Source of the DNA: Octopus bimaculoides
Taxonomy: Eukaryota
Direction of reading: 5' to 3'
Assembly: GCF_001194135.2 (NCBI RefSeq)
Contig: NC_068983.1
Span: 61,301,060 to 61,365,059, forward strand
DNA length: 64,000 nucleotides
Under the pieces are notes generated by a model, which was given only the letters and a program-made list of their open reading frames with translations, made no database searches and was not told where the DNA came from. Below, piece after piece: positions 24,587 to 39,570 of the stretch. Numbering within the stretch: the stretch's first letter is position 1; every line of letters starts with the position of its first letter. The translations under genes were made by a program, and so were the position numbers.

Positions 24587-27500
24587 CTAGAAAAATAAAT
24601 AATTGAGCTACTTTAACAGATTTAAAGAAATGTAATTATATGCAATATCTAACTACATATCACCATTGTGAAGTAGAGGGAAACTTGATTCAGCACCTTA
24701 ATGTAGAAGTAACTTCTGTTTAGAATTTTTATATAAATAGGATTTATTTCCTTATGAAAAATAATATAATTGAAAGTTATATATAAAAGTTATGCTCTTG
24801 CCAATGAAATAATTTTTGAAATATATTTAACTTCAAATTAAGTTTTACTTATCTAACGTATATAATAATGGAGAATATTATATGATTTATATAGATATTG
24901 GGTAATAATCTCCATTAATAATAAACTAAATTGAATGATTAAATATATGAGTAATCATCGTACGTTAGTACATATAAAACAGTTATTTAGTGAAGATTTG
25001 CAATTTGGTACTTTTAAAGTTTATATGAGAATTAATTAGGTGTATAATTTAGTATTTGGGAAGAACCAAATACCTTTTGGACAATCTGAAATTTGCAGGA
25101 AGAATTGAAAATATCTTGAAGACAGAAAGGGTAAAATCAATCATAATACTAAAATGTTAATATTTAACAGTTAAACTGACCAACAGAAACCTGGATATTT
25201 AATTTGATAAAGAAATTCAGTATCATGTGGGCAGTACAATACAAAAGCATCTTTGAGACATTAATGATAACTCTACACTTTCAAACACTCAAGATTAAGA
25301 CATAGTAAACAATAAATTTGATCCATATTCAGAAAATAAAGTCATACACAATATAGTCGGGTCATGATGAATGTTGACCCTGTAGTGTTAGAGAGTACAT
25401 GCATACCAGGCCAGAAAATAACAATGATTTCAGTTAGTTTATACCAATTAACTTCCCTACAATAGTCATCTGGGATTTTCTTTTAGATATACAAATTTAA
25501 AGAGTAACATTGTATTAGAAGGTAAATATTTTGTTTGAATGGAGAAGGGTCATTGCTCATCAACTTTAGAGGGTCTTTAATGTGAATTTCTGTTGCTGGC
25601 TATCTGTAGGGAAAGATTTCCATAAAACTGTAGTTCTGGTAAGGAATGATTATAAATTGTTCACTGCAGAGTTTGAAGAGAGCATAAGTTCAGATACGAA
25701 AGTGAAGAAATATGGGTGCATCAGATGGGCTTGAATATAATTGATGTGTACCTTGTAAGTTCACAAAAGCAGAAGCTGTTGTTGTAACAGAAGAATTAAG
25801 ATGGAGAGTTCATATAGAATTGGTAGAAAGCAGAGAGACTGAGTCTATTGATTAAGTGATGTGATCATATAACACCCAAAAGTACACTAACTGTTCACAT
25901 GAAAATATAACTTCAATCCAACAATGTAAAGACAGGTAAGTAAAATACCTTCAGTTAACTATGAACTGTTATAGGAACAGGATAATTCATATTTGCAATA
26001 TAAGAAAATAAAGATATGAAATAGATGGTAAAAGATAGCTAATACTAAAGGTTAATAGTAATTAGATCAAAAGGCAGGCAAGATTGTATGTTATTAAAAC
26101 CTTATGTAAATTTTATATAAAAGCTAACTGCATATAAGAGGAGCTTAATTAGAAGTAGTAAAGGTAGAGAAGTTATGTCATTTTATATTTATTGTCTTAA
26201 TATTTATTTTCCCTTGTTAGAATAAGTGGGCCATGCCTGTGTATACATTAAGTCAATTGCAGTTATTGCTTCTGCATATATTGGTTGATGCTTTTCATGC
26301 TCAGTATTCTTCGAGCTCACTGGTTCATTACTTTTCATGCAAGATAATGTTCACACCTAATGAATCAAACCTGATTTATTCTTTTTCAGCCTCTGAAGAT
26401 CTTTCACCTTCAATACTCTTACATCATCATACTCTTTCCAGGGTTTGAAACAAACTTTCTTTTGTTTAGAGGTAAATAAAATCTCTTTATTTCCAAAAGC
26501 TCATTGAACTTTTTCTTAAAGAGGAGCAACAATTTTGATCATTGTGGCCAGATCTCACGAAGGCAGTTTGCATAGACAACATGGCATAGGACTGACAAAG
26601 TCAATAATATACCATACTACACTCCTTCTAACCTTTGACAACGTGAAGAAATGAATGCAAAAACAAAGTTACATTATGATGAATTAATCAATTTTCTAAT
26701 CATCTCATAAAATTACTCTATATAAAACCAATGAATGGTTAATCATATTAGCTTAGAGAAAAACGCAAAAGACAAAGTGGTTACATTCATACTCATCAAA
26801 TGAGAATTAGCAATGTAAATTCAATGAAAAATAGATTACAGACTTAGTTTAGGAGGACTTAACTTCTATTGCATCTAATCTATTAATAGTGATATACAAG
26901 GTACATACTAGAAAACCTTTTTAGAAAAAAGTGACAAATTATTAGTTTATCCTACAGGACAAAGGGACAGCTGATCGAGTTGGATATCATTAATATCAAA
27001 GATGGAGTTGCTTCTAATATAGAGTTGAATTAGATGACATACTTCAGATGCTGGTGTTGCAGTTCTTTAGTTTTCAACTTCTTAATATTGATTCCATTTG
27101 GGTTTCAATAAAATAGCCAGATTTATACTGGCATATTGCTCACATATCTGGGATGACGCTGTTATCACACATGTGAACATCTTAGCCCACATCCAAGAAA
27201 AAGTCATTCAGATGCTTCTTTCTTTCTTTGCTACCTGGTTTATGGTTATCTCAACAACTGCTTCTGAGAGCTATCAAGCTGCATACCCCTTCCAGTTGCA
27301 CATGATTCACTTGTCTCATTTCTTCTCATTATCATCCCTGAGTTTCAACATTTAGATCCTACACTAAATCATTTTTACAATCATTCCATCTAAAACTGCA
27401 GCCCTTTGGAATTCTCTCCCTTGTTGAATTTTTCTCTAGAGACATTCACTACATAACCAGAAACTCAAAATAAACAGCAACACTATTGATCTCATCACCC

Positions 27501-29916
27501 TAGTGCTGTATCCAAAGGGCATAATCACTGCTCCTTCTTTGACTGATTAATAAAACAATACATAAAATTGTGTGTGTTCCTTAAAAAATTTATTAAATTT
27601 GCAAAAATAAAAGTTTTAAATGAAGTATATGTTGTTATTAAATTTAGACTTGGAAACTATTTTAAGGAAAGATGATGCCAGGGCTCAAGCAAGTAAATTT
27701 GAGAAAGAATAGATACATTCTACGTTCCTTTTAATGTCACAGGCAATCTAAAATTAAAAGTGTGGCAAATAAATGAAGATTGCTAGACTAATAAACCAGC
27801 TTGTAACAAAAAAGGTTAGACTAAAGAAATTTAGTTTTTGTTGTTTCTTACTTTCTCCATATACTCAGTATTAAAAGAATTGGTTGATCATTTGTAGAAA
27901 ATATTTTCTAGTGGGAAAGTGAGAAAACAGAAGAGCTGTTTTAAGATCCATTTTGTGTCTTCATTATTGAAATATATAATTCTTATATACCTTGCTTAGA
28001 ATGAAATATTTTACATGCTCACAAGCTGAATGTATTCATAATAAATATTACTAGTTATCAACAATAAAGAAATATTTAAAGATAGAAACCAGTACATATG
28101 ATTATTAGAACTCTGATATTTGAAAACAGAACACAAGGATAAATGCCTGTGATACCAAAGTAAAGATTGAATAAAATTTATGGCAACAAGTAAGTTTAAC
28201 AATAAACTATTGATTTATTAAGTGCAAATTATAAAAAGACAAATGATTTTTACAAGTAGGGGAAAGTGTTTTAAACATATTTCAATGAAATATAAAAATA
28301 TTTGTATATAGATATGACCAGTGTAACAAGAAACAGGGACTCTCCTAAAAACAGACACTATCTTACAAACAGGATATTGTTGATAACCTATTAGAGAAGA
28401 ATTAATAAAAAATGATTCTTAAAGTAAACCAAGTATTGCTAACAACAAATTTTACTAGTAATTGAAAATAAAATATAATTATGAAATACTATTACCATTA
28501 AAATATAGATGAAAATAAATCCTTCAAGGAATGTATTGCTTTGAATGCAATTTTATTGTATACTAAGTTGTAAAGAGATGTTTCTCAACAAATAACAAAG
28601 CAAAGTTCCTATATTTAAGCAAGCAAAGCAGAAAAGGGACAAACCTTTATAGATTTTCATCTCTACTCATAATAATATCAGAATTTAATCTAAATATCTG
28701 AAGAAAGGAAACAGAGTAACTCTGTTTCATGGGTCCTCCAAATATTGATGGCTGAGATAGTTGATATGATTTCTGATAAATTTATATTAGTGTCAGTTAA
28801 TATTTAAAAGAAATCTATGAAAGGAGTTATTGCAAAGGGTGGTTCCAGAGAAAGGAGTGGATAAAAGTCAGAACGATAGAAGATAGGCTGATAAGATTTC
28901 TTTAAGTGGGGATAATACATAACAAACACATTCAAAGGAAATATCAATGGCAGTATTTCTAGAAGGGTGATAGCAATGAGGAGCCACATTTGTCCAGGAA
29001 AGGAAATGAAGGCATTTTTTGATTGGGTATTAAACTGAAATCAATTTCTCGTTAATATACTTATTTATAAATCTGTTTTATTTATAAGATACTTCCAAAA
29101 CAATGAAAAAATTTACAAGTTCACATAACATGCTTATTTTCACTTGAGTTTTACTGTATATTCATTTTCTCTCAACCTCAATTTATATTACTTTTTCCAA
29201 ATGTTAGCATGTGGATAAATATTTAAAAATTTGCAAGAGAATAAGGCTTTCCTAATAGCTGTAGATTCACTATAAAATAGGACTGCAAGCTTTATTTAAA
29301 TATCTTGTGAAGAAAAAAAAAGAAAAAAGAAAAACGAAAACTAAAACAAGATTTCAATTAATTGTCAAATGACTGACTATATTGAATTTCAATGTTTTTT
29401 CAGTCAACATTTATCATGTCAATATATTAGTTATGTACTTAACACATAAGGCCTTTAATTTAACATCTTTATCAATGAAGAAAAGAATATTCAACTATAG
29501 CACATATGATATCAGATTTGATGCCACTGGCAGAAATTTAGACCTACATTGATTTCCATATAGAATAATCAGGATTTGCATGGTAGCACTACAGTACTTA
29601 TACTTAAAATACCATTACTAATTTTGTTAATGCAAAAATCCCTACAATATGATCATCTAATTCAATTATTTTAAAAATAACTTCAAAATTTGATAAGAAA
29701 TAATGTTGCTTTTTTTATGCTTAACTCATATTATTAAATATAAGAAGAAAAGTAAAGCAGGTAATAAAATTAATTTAACTGTTTTCAGAACATCTATCTA
29801 TCTCATGCTAACATGGAAAAAAATGGATGTGAAATATATTTTGAAAAAAAACAACTGAATATTGTTAAAAAGATATAGAAAATGTGTCTCATGTTATAAA
29901 TACAAATCCCCCTTAC

Positions 29917-30023
29917 CTTGCTGTTAGCTAGAAGAAACCCAATACCATCCATGCACACCTGGAGTAGCCCTCCTTGTCCAGACCTGAGATCTTGTACAGG
30001 AAATTCACCGCCAATGTCAGGCC
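29917..30023 (-). CDS. MADD: MADD exon ([36 protein letters not shown]), 107 nt
   Basis: Matches [23 protein letters not shown]. Splice sites aaatttcag and gtaagg. Confidence 0.96.
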
Positions 30024-30883
30024 CTGAAATTTAATGAAATGATTTTCTAGTTTTAGGATATTAGTCTTTTTTTTTTATTGTTATGTTCAGACTGTACAAA
30101 AAAAAAAAAAAAAAAAAAAAATCTGTTGAATTCCATTTAACTGCAATTTTCATATGACTTTGTTTTAAACCACAGGAGCTTTGTCAGTGTAAATTTTGTG
30201 AACCAATTTTATAAGAATTTGTAGCAGCTATATTTCAGTAGCTGGAAGATAAGGTAATGAGTTCTTGAAGAATCTTTGGTCAAAAATGAAAATTAGTTGA
30301 ATTGATTCTCATATCAAGCTGCTGAAGCTCCTATGGGATATCAACAGGGTCTATTTTCACAGTTAAAATCAAACAGCACAGCCCATGCCAGAATGGAGAA
30401 TGGACATTAGAAGATAACGATGATAACAGTATATAAATCAATCAATCATTATCATCATCATCATTTAACCTCCGTTTTCCAGGCTGGCATGGGTTGGACG
30501 GTTTGACTGAAAACTAGTAAGCTTCACTGGGATTCCAATCTGATTTGGCATGATTTCTACAGCTGGATACCCTTCCTAATGCTAATGTACATATTTATTC
30601 ATAAGCATATAAACATAGTGTTGGGAGAAAATATATATATATATATAATATCTGTCTCATAACAGCCAATTTATTTTACCAAATAAACATTTAAAACTGT
30701 TATGTTATGGAGTATATTTGGCGCATTTATATTGATATCAGCACTAGCTAGGTGACCACGTAAATTGTAAGACTAAGATACATCCACCTTATTCACCACC
30801 TTACTATCACCATGCTGGCTTAACAAAAACCAAGTTGTGCTCCACATAACATTTTTACATGTACATTGCACTTACAGTTTATA

Positions 30884-32019
30884 TTGGCTTTGCAAAAAAG
30901 TAATTTTGTTTTTTGCAAATAGATAGAGTTACAATATTTTTTAATGACTTTTGTCAATGTTATGACTTTTTCCCTTTTAACATTTTAGAAGCAAATTGTG
31001 CGTATTTTTGTTTACAGTTGTTAGTTCAGTGTCAATTTTAACATGGAGTGCAAAAACGAACATTTTCACCATATTTTGCTTTTTTATTTCCATAAAGGCA
31101 AGAAAGCAGCTGAGTTTATGGTGTTAATTGCTTAACAGAATGCACATGTCAGAAATGGTTTAAAAAATTCCGTTCTAGAGATTTTTCACTCAAAGATGAT
31201 CAACGTTTTGGTTGACTTACTGAAATTGATGATAACTGAATAAAAGCCATAATGGAATCTGATTGTCATATAAATAACTGTGCCAGAGATTGCAGAGAGG
31301 TTAACTGTATCACACACAACAACTGAAAATCACTTAATGAAATCGACCTTTTTTTTTTTAAACGAATCATCATTGGTGATGAAAAATGGATTGTCTATAA
31401 TAAGATCAATCGAAAACGATTATGATCCAAGCATAATGAACCAGCACAAACCACATTTAAAGCTGAATTGCATCAAAAAAAGGTCATGCTGTCAATTTGG
31501 TGGGATTACAAAGGTATGTATTTTGAGCTGCTTCCAAGGAACCAAACAATCAATTCAGATGTTTACTATCAACAACTAATGAAACTGGAAGAAGCAATCA
31601 AAGAAAACTGGCCAGAATTGGCAAATCGTAAAGAAACAGTGTTCTAACATGACAATGCTAGACCACACACATCTTTGCTAACTTGTCAAAAATTATTGGA
31701 GCTTGGTTGCAAAGTGATGTTACATCAACCATATAAGCCTGACCCTGCATCATCAGATTACCATTTATTTCAAAGTTTGCAAAATTCTTTCAATGGTGAA
31801 ACTTTCAATAATGATGACTTGAAATTGCACTGGCTTCAGTTTTTGGCTGATTAGAACCAGAAGTTCTATGAGCACAGAATCATGAAGATGTCAGAAAACA
31901 GAAAAAGGTCATCAAACAAAATGGAAAATATCTAATTGATTAAAGTTCATTCTTTGTATGAAAACAAATGACTTTTATTTTACACTAAAAATACTAAAAT
32001 TACTTTCTTGCCAACCCAA
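30884..32019 (+). mobile_element. Mariner (D,D34D) transposon relic with an internal deletion, stops and frameshifts
   Basis: TIRs TTGG(C/G)TT(T/G)GCAA(A/G)AAAGTAATT flanked by TA. Remnants of WFKKFRS, GDEKW, QKKVMLSIWWDYKG, HDNARPH and YxPDLASSDY. Confidence 0.92.
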
Positions 32020-33394
32020 TATTATATTGTGCACAACTCAACTTCTGTTTATAACTGAGAGAATACTCCTATATGGATTTTGTTTAATTACATAACTCTT
32101 CGACAATGACATGTACTTACATATATGTGTGTGATCTTGGATTTATGTACATGTGGGTACACACATGGATACAAAGGTTTCAATGGACTACTATAGTACA
32201 GGCCTCGTACATATATCACGCATGCAAGTAACTGTACATACAATCCAATACAATTGTAACAAACAAAGATATTCTACTCACTTTACCAATACATTTGTGT
32301 ATACTTTGCCAATACATGTGTCTATTTGTAATGCCTATTGGATAACTTGTACCACTTATGACAGACATTTGATATTAGCAGCAGCCAACAGGACATCATC
32401 ATTATTTTATGATCGTTTTCCTATACTAGCCATGGCTTGGATGGTCTGACAGGATCTAATGAGCCACAGGATAGTGTTAAGCTCTAGTGTCAGTTTTGGC
32501 ATGGTTGCTATAGTTGGATGCCCTTCTTACCACCAACCACTTTACAGTGATTACTGAGTGATGTTTTTGTGCCAATCGCACTAGTGAGATTGCCAAGTAA
32601 CTTGTAAGACAAAAAATGAATAGGAAAAAGCCACCTTGATTGATTGGAGGTGTGTATTTGAGGGGAGGGGAGGTGGCTTTAAGCCAGGTGTTAAGAGATT
32701 AAAATATGATAATGGGACAAGTGCAAGTGTTTTACTATAGAGGAGATATATAGTTACCCTGCACTATATAAAGGTGGGCTGCAGCAGTTGGAAAGAAGAT
32801 GAAGATAGTGGCGATGAGATACCAGAGCAAACTTTCAAGCTACAAGAAGGTGAGAGAATATGAATAGTAGATTGAGGGGTTGGGGAGAAGGTGGATGATT
32901 TCATAAGGGTGTCAGAGGAGAGTAACAGAGGGTTAGAGATGGGAGAAAGAAGTGAATATATTGAGTGTCTTCAAGCAATCTTTAGGCGCTGAGTACATGG
33001 CTTGGTGGTCACATGTTATTCAACTGACAAATAGAACCCTGACAGATGCTACAATTCCAGATCAGTAGACCTGGCAACAATAGTGGCTAAGAGGTAGTTC
33101 AACGCTCCTCAAAACTCTGGAACTCCCAAACTAGAGTCCCACTACCAGATGCAAGGGCTTATAACGGTTATATCACAACTAAAATATTTTATTTTTTGCC
33201 AACATTCTGAGGAGTTTAGCTGTTGTCTCATTTGAAACCTGTGCATAAAAGAGCATAAAAATACCAATAGTGTTTGCTACATTTCTCATTAAACACATAC
33301 ACACTTTTTTGTAGCATTATTTTTGAAAATTAGAAAAAAAGATGAGTAAGTAGAATTTATGAAACTGAACATTTTTAACGTGAGTTGAACCTAC

Positions 33395-33467
33395 CTGGAA
33401 CTTTACCATTATTTCGAGCGGCAGCCTTGTCCATAGTTTCTTTTACACAAAAATACAGTTCCCGGCA
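33395..33467 (-). CDS. MADD: MADD exon (CRELYFCVKETMDKAAARNNGKVP+G), 73 nt
   Basis: Matches CRELYYCVKDSMERAAAR. Splice sites aatatcag and gtaggt. Confidence 0.95.
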
Positions 33468-34450
33468 CTGATATTAGAAAACAACTATATAAGTAATTTT
33501 TAAATCACAGCTGAATATTGTGGAATATATTTACATTATATTTATAGGGTAATATAACAATTATACCAAATATTTTGCACAACCAGTGTAGATGCTGAAA
33601 TGTTTTAATTAATTTGACATATCTGAAAATGTGTCTCATTACTGCTAGATGTTTGAAACAAAAAAACATGTAGCAATAAAATGTGATAGAAATAGAGATC
33701 AAGATATATTAAAGTAGTTTTTTCATGAGTTTCAATGTATAATATCTGTATCTCAGCAGAAACATAAAAAAAATCTCAGTAGGTTTTTGAATTTATTGTT
33801 ATTTTTCTCATAATTTCTTTATCGTAGAAGTAAGAAGCCGTAATATTCATAACTCTCCAAAAGCATTTTTTGGTTTAAGTGAACTGCATCTCTTGAAAAT
33901 TGAAACCAGTCAATGTCAATTCTTAAGGAGTTTAACTTTTGTTCTACAACCATATCTATGATATAAATATTGTGATTTCTTCTTATATCTTTTCACTACC
34001 ATATTGGGGATTCTTTACATAGACATGAAGTCACTACTTTGTAGTATAGTTGATGCAGCCAACTCCAAGATATCACTGATCCTTATTTTATTGACTTAAG
34101 AAAGACAAAGTCAACCTTGCAAAATTTAAACTTAGATGAAACTATGAATACTCTGGTGCTCTTATGTATCTATCAATCCACTGCATTGATAATGGTTTCT
34201 AAGGGGCCAGGAAGTTTGAAGAAGTGATGAAGAAGATCTGCCCACTATTTGACTGGTAAACAAGTGTTATAATTCTTTCTGCTCTAATGCCTAAGGAAAA
34301 TAATACAGTATGTCATCTCTTTTATTAATTGGATGAGTTGAATTATAGTTAGAGTTTTTTTTTCCATCAAGTGCTTTTAATCAATCCTTATATTTGTTAC
34401 ATTTGTGGTACATATAAAAATAAAGAAAACTATTTACTGTTAAGTTTTAC

Positions 34451-34615
34451 CTTTTTAGTATAGAACTGATTAAGATGTACGCGTTCACCATATTTTCGCC
34501 AGAGACATAAAACTTTGGTTTTTGGGCAATAAGTCATGTTGACCAGCTTCTCATACCACCATCGATCACAAATTGCTCCTGTAACACTGCGTAGGATAAT
34601 GCAGTCATCGCATAC
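34451..34615 (-). CDS. MADD: MADD exon ([55 protein letters not shown]), 165 nt
   Basis: Contains the highly conserved [22 protein letters not shown]. Splice sites ctattatag and gtaaaa. Confidence 0.97.
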
Positions 34616-35464
34616 CTATAATAGAACATGAGACATTTAACTGAATTAAATAGTTTACAGAGCTAACATTTCAAACAACAAATCAAAGTAAATTTATGGC
34701 AGACTGGATTAAAAAGCTTAATAACACCTGTTAATCACTCCTCCCTCAATCACCTCTGCATATCCCTGCCTTCTTCCTATCATAATCTTATTTCTTCCAC
34801 TCCTATCAGTCCTGTTGTCACTGTTCTTTCTCTCCAGTCATTTTTTCCAGTTACTTGTACAGAGTATGTCTTAATTTATTGAATACTCTCTATACCTACT
34901 TTTATTCTCCTATCCTTACTTATACCTATTTCTGTCATTATTGTTCTCCTTTCCAAATTCACATTAACTGTGAACAAAATCCCTCTACCACCTATGGTTC
35001 ACACTGTTAAGTAGCTGGCTTCTATTTGGTGTTTCAATGAGACTCCACATAATGATTACAGCACAACATACTTGTATTTGCTAGTGAAAGATGTAAATAT
35101 TACATAATTTATGATATTAAAAAAATACAAACTAAATTTCCAGTTTTATTCTGTTTTGAACCTACATTGTGTAAATTATTCAAATGTAAAAAATAGCAAA
35201 AGCAAATCAGAGGACAATTTATGTTTAATACTTGATTGGAATTTGATTATACATAGATTTACATGGCGTTCTAAAGCTTTGGTTGACTGTTATGCTAAGT
35301 CATTTGAGATAGCAATTCTTCAATAAATAGGTACATAAAAATATGTTCACACACATACACATTTTCAATACTATTTTTGTAGCAAATAAAAATCCAATAT
35401 ATCTAATTTTGTATGTAGAGTATGAACAGATTTTAAAAGTCTTACAATGACAATATCTATAATA

Positions 35465-35895
35465 CAGGTCGTCCATCAACTTACAACCTATCTGGCTTAT
35501 GACCAATCGAAGCGCTAGCTCCCAGCAACAATAATAGATAGTCCAGTTGAAATCTAATGGGTTTAATTTCTCAGAAATTAACCCGTCTATGGATGATGTC
35601 AGCTAACAAACACTTCCCCTAGGTTCGGTAATTGATCGCCACTGTGTTGGATGACTATCCTGTTGTGGAGACATCGAGGCAACCTTGAATTCGTTTATAA
35701 GATGACTGCTTGAGACTCTGAAATTTTTGACTAATGCCAGTATAATAGTATAATGCAGAATGCTGTGTGTGAGTTTTACTTGAAAATGTACCTTAAGAAT
35801 ATAAAAATACAAAACAAAGCTATGTAGGCCTATAAGCGGCCAACTTACAACCAGTCAGTCGGAACCAATTGTGGTTGTAAGTCAACGACGACCTG
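35465..35895. mobile_element. Tigger/pogo-type MITE, 431 bp
   Basis: TA-CAGGTCGTCCATCAACTTACAACC ... GGTTGTAAGTCAACGACGACCTG-TA. Confidence 0.85.
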
Positions 35896-36172
35896 TACTA
35901 CTTAAAACCTTACCCAACTTAAAACAGAGAAAGAAGTAGCTCACATAAGGAATTTTAAAAGTTATAAAATACTCTGAAGATTTATGAGAAATCTTTTGTA
36001 TTTTGTGCTATTCAAATTTCAAGATGACATTTTTCTTGTAGTTATTAAATTTATTGTGTTCATTAAAATTTGCTGGAAAAATTGAATGGAAGATAATTGA
36101 CATTATTATATCACTGTATTTCATTGAAACAAAGCCAGATCATTATGTGTTTCTATATCATATATGGCTTAC

Positions 36173-36280
36173 CTCCATAAACAACATATCCCCTGTATTG
36201 TCACTGCCCCAATGTACAGTGAATGACTGTTTCTGCATGAGTCTGCTGCCCATGGGTTTCAGATCAATATCATTGCCATT
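36173..36280 (-). CDS. MADD: MADD exon ([36 protein letters not shown]), 108 nt
   Basis: Matches MADD [26 protein letters not shown]. Splice sites attccag and gtaagc. Confidence 0.95.
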
Positions 36281-36689
36281 CTGGAATTAAAATAGAAAAG
36301 GTAATTTTATAACGGTAAAATGTTTAAATTATATTTGAAATTTACAATAAAATTATGAAGTCATGAATAACTGATACCACATTAAGTGAAAAATTCAAAT
36401 CCTCTACTTTCTGAATAGCTCTTAATCTATACATATCTGGATGACATAACAGCTATTGTTTCAAATTTGAATACTCACAAGTATTAGTTCCCATCATAAC
36501 CAAGATTATCACCTCTCTTTCTAAAATGCATGTTAGTACATTTAAACTTATTCTGATTTTAGAAACCAAGCAAGCTTTTTATTCTTAATCTTACACTCTT
36601 AATCTCTTCTTTCTCCCTTTTGACAACTTATTAATGGTATCTGATGAACTGTTCGAATCTGAAAATAACACTTCAAGGAGATATCCTTT

Positions 36690-37800
36690 TCCCTCCCTTA
36701 TTTATAAATGGTATTTTTCAGTAACAGTGTAAGATTTTGAGAAGCACCTTTCAGATAAAAGATTTTGATCTTGGTTGCAGGAAGCTCTTTAAATGTGTCT
36801 ATAATGAAGACATCCCAGTTAAGCTGCCCATCTTAGCTAGGATGTCCTCATGTGGACTCTGTTCACCTCTCATCTCTTAGAAAATTTCCTGTTAGACTAT
36901 TCCATTACAACTTCTGTTAATGGGTTTATCTTTGGCCTACATTCTATCGACTCTGATGTACCTCAATATTCAGGGTGTCACTTTTTCTGACATATATTGA
37001 CCAATTTGCTGTTACTTTTAATGGCATTCTCCATTGCATATGACTACACTCTATATGCACAGAAATAAATCATGTCTAATCTGCATGACATTTATAAACA
37101 AATTCAAAAGCATACTTCAATGGGGACATGGCAACCTAGTCTTGTTCATGAGCATAAAAACACAAATCCTACAAAAACCAAGTAAACAGTTAGTTTTGTG
37201 CACTATCCTACACAAACATGTAGAAAAAACACAAGAAAAGTCCTCAAATAGGAACAGATGCTTAGCTTCATAATCCATGGTGATCTTTATTTAAAATTAA
37301 GACTATATCACAAACAAGGCTTCTGCAAAACTAAAATCACTTATTACTGATCAGTTGCTGACCCTCTATAAGGTTTAAGACCTACATTAGAGTACCGCTT
37401 ACATATTTGGGATAGTGCTCTTGCTACACATATACAAACATCCTACATCACATTCAAAATACGAGGATTCAGCCACTTGGTAAAGATTCACTCACCAAAA
37501 ACCTACAAACACTGTTTCACAGACACAACATTTCTTTTCTTAACCTTTCTTCTGCTTTTTCATTGGTTTTAGTCTTTTAAAAGAGCTGGATGCATATCAC
37601 CTATACACTGCCTCACCAAATCCACCTGCCTCGCTTCTCTTTATAATAGTTATCTCAAGTTCTCAAGATCAAGTGCCATGTCTCACTCCTCAGATTCTGT
37701 ACCAAACATTGCCCAATGGTTCCTCTCAATCCTTTGCAATTTCTGTATTTTTCTAACAGGTACTGATAATATTCAAACTGAACATTAGTCACTTTGATTT
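36690..37800 (+). mobile_element. Old CR1-like LINE remnant
   Basis: Degenerate DVPQYS..LFLTYIDQ (GVPQGS-like) and LYK..RPTLEYRLHIWDSA. Confidence 0.55.
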
Positions 37801-38738
37801 CACTAGAGTGGGAGAGTTTAAAAGAGTAAAGTTCTTTCTTCTCTGACTAAAAAAAAGAAAAATGGGATAACTAACTAGAGCTGTGAATATATGCAACTGT
37901 ATTCTCCACTCCGACCAATGTAGGAATTCTTTCAAACTACAGCACCATAATTCTTCTCTTTGACATTATCATTACATAATTAAATTCCTTCAATCTTACC
38001 TATTTAAAACACCAGAAAACTAGATTATTTGAGATCTACTGATCTATGCAATACAAATTTACTTTTAATCTAAGAACTATGTTGAAATTATGGTTTCTTA
38101 ATACATGAGCATAGCCTTTAAAAGAAGTGTAATATCCAAACCTCTTGGTCAACTCCTTTAAAAGAGTTTGGGAAAAGAACTAATCACTTGTTCTGAGCCT
38201 TTCTATTAGATCTACTCAAGCAGAGCTGAGCTAGTCTGTTCTTCAACAAAAACAATAGTTCTTAACATTTCGACATGTTTTGAATAGCATTATTTCAAAT
38301 CTTAATCTTAACTCTTGCTCTAAATAGTTTTTGACCTTTCCTCTATCTTAAATATCCATTACTACACTGTACTGATCTCATATATGATTTGATAACTTCT
38401 TTTGATTTCTGGTACCCAAAATCATACTCATCAATCAATAAAACCCACTTTACTGAAAATATTCAATATCTGGACCATTGTTGATTTGTATTCTTTCTCT
38501 ACTTCATTACAGTTAAGAAAATCAATCTTTCTGCTTTTCACTACCTACACTAGTTCTTCAAACCAAGTGGTGAAACAAAGTTAGTTTTGAAGAAGACATT
38601 AAATAACCAACAATAAATACTTTTAAAATGAATGTTACTTTATGCAAAGTTATTACTGTGAGAATATTCAGTTGACATCTTTTATTAGGGTTTATTATAG
38701 GTTAAAATGTGGAGAATTCCCAAATTTTGAAAACTTAC

Positions 38739-38955
38739 CAATTTATTAATTTCATCTAAAAGGTTATTGACATCTTGACTGTATTGGAGGCCAATGTGAG
38801 ATTTACCAAGCAATCGTCTAATTTTTTTCTTGATTTCTGCTTTCTTTACATCCATCATTACCATAAACCCAATATGATTATACAACATATCAGACAATAA
38901 TTTATCTTCATCATGTTCTAAACGTTTTTTTTCTGAATCTCCAAGTGAATTGTAC
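38739..38955 (-). CDS. MADD: MADD exon ([20 protein letters not shown]...[28 protein letters not shown]), 217 nt
   Basis: Matches MADD RLEDDEDRLL...VRRLMGKSHIGL (so-called death-domain region). Splice sites ttccttcag and gtaagt. Confidence 0.97.
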
Positions 38956-38993
38956 CTGAAGGAAAAAATGGTAACTTTAATATATGCAGTAAG

Positions 38994-39030
<37 letters not shown>

Positions 39031-39114
39031 ATATAAAAAACCCCCTATATAAAAGAATATGAATATAAAGGTATACTAAAATATAAAATAGCATAATAGA
39101 ACTATCTTAATTTT

Positions 39115-39570
39115 GCCTCATTCACCTGATTAACTATACAGGTGACTAGGCTATAGCTGACACTGCCAGATATTTTGAGCATCTCTGCACTGATTCCTGA
39201 TGGGCCGGGGGCTTTCCCTGTCTTCATACTCTTGATCACTTTATCTACCAAGGTACTGTCAATTAGGATAGCTGGTCCCTCTTTTGGGTCGACATGCTGC
39301 AGACTCTCTTCCTCCCATTCATTCTCTTTATTAAGCAACCTTTCATAGTGGCGTCTCCAAATCTCTCTCTTTGCAGCCTCGTTTAGTGCAAGTGAGCCAT
39401 CATCCATGTGGACACATTTCTCTCCTACGACATCACGATTCTCTCTCACACAGTCTTGCAACACAAAATACTTCAAGTCTTTGGTCTTCACGGCGCAGAA
39501 CATTGGCAAATATTTTCTTATCTGCTTCCCCTCTGGCTAAATAAATCTGTCTCCTAGCTTCCCTTCTGCT
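39115..39570 (-). mobile_element. RTE ORF fragment upstream of the RT core
   Basis: WRRHYERLLNKENEW...KTGKAPGPSGISAEMLKISG; homologous to 61770-62000. Confidence 0.9.

Noticed and set aside
25330-27420. Short ORFs at 26233 and 27098
   Set aside because: They appear to be antisense readings over very old LINE remnants, not host genes.
36640-36670. CTGATGA...GAAA spacing
   Set aside because: No convincing stems I-III.
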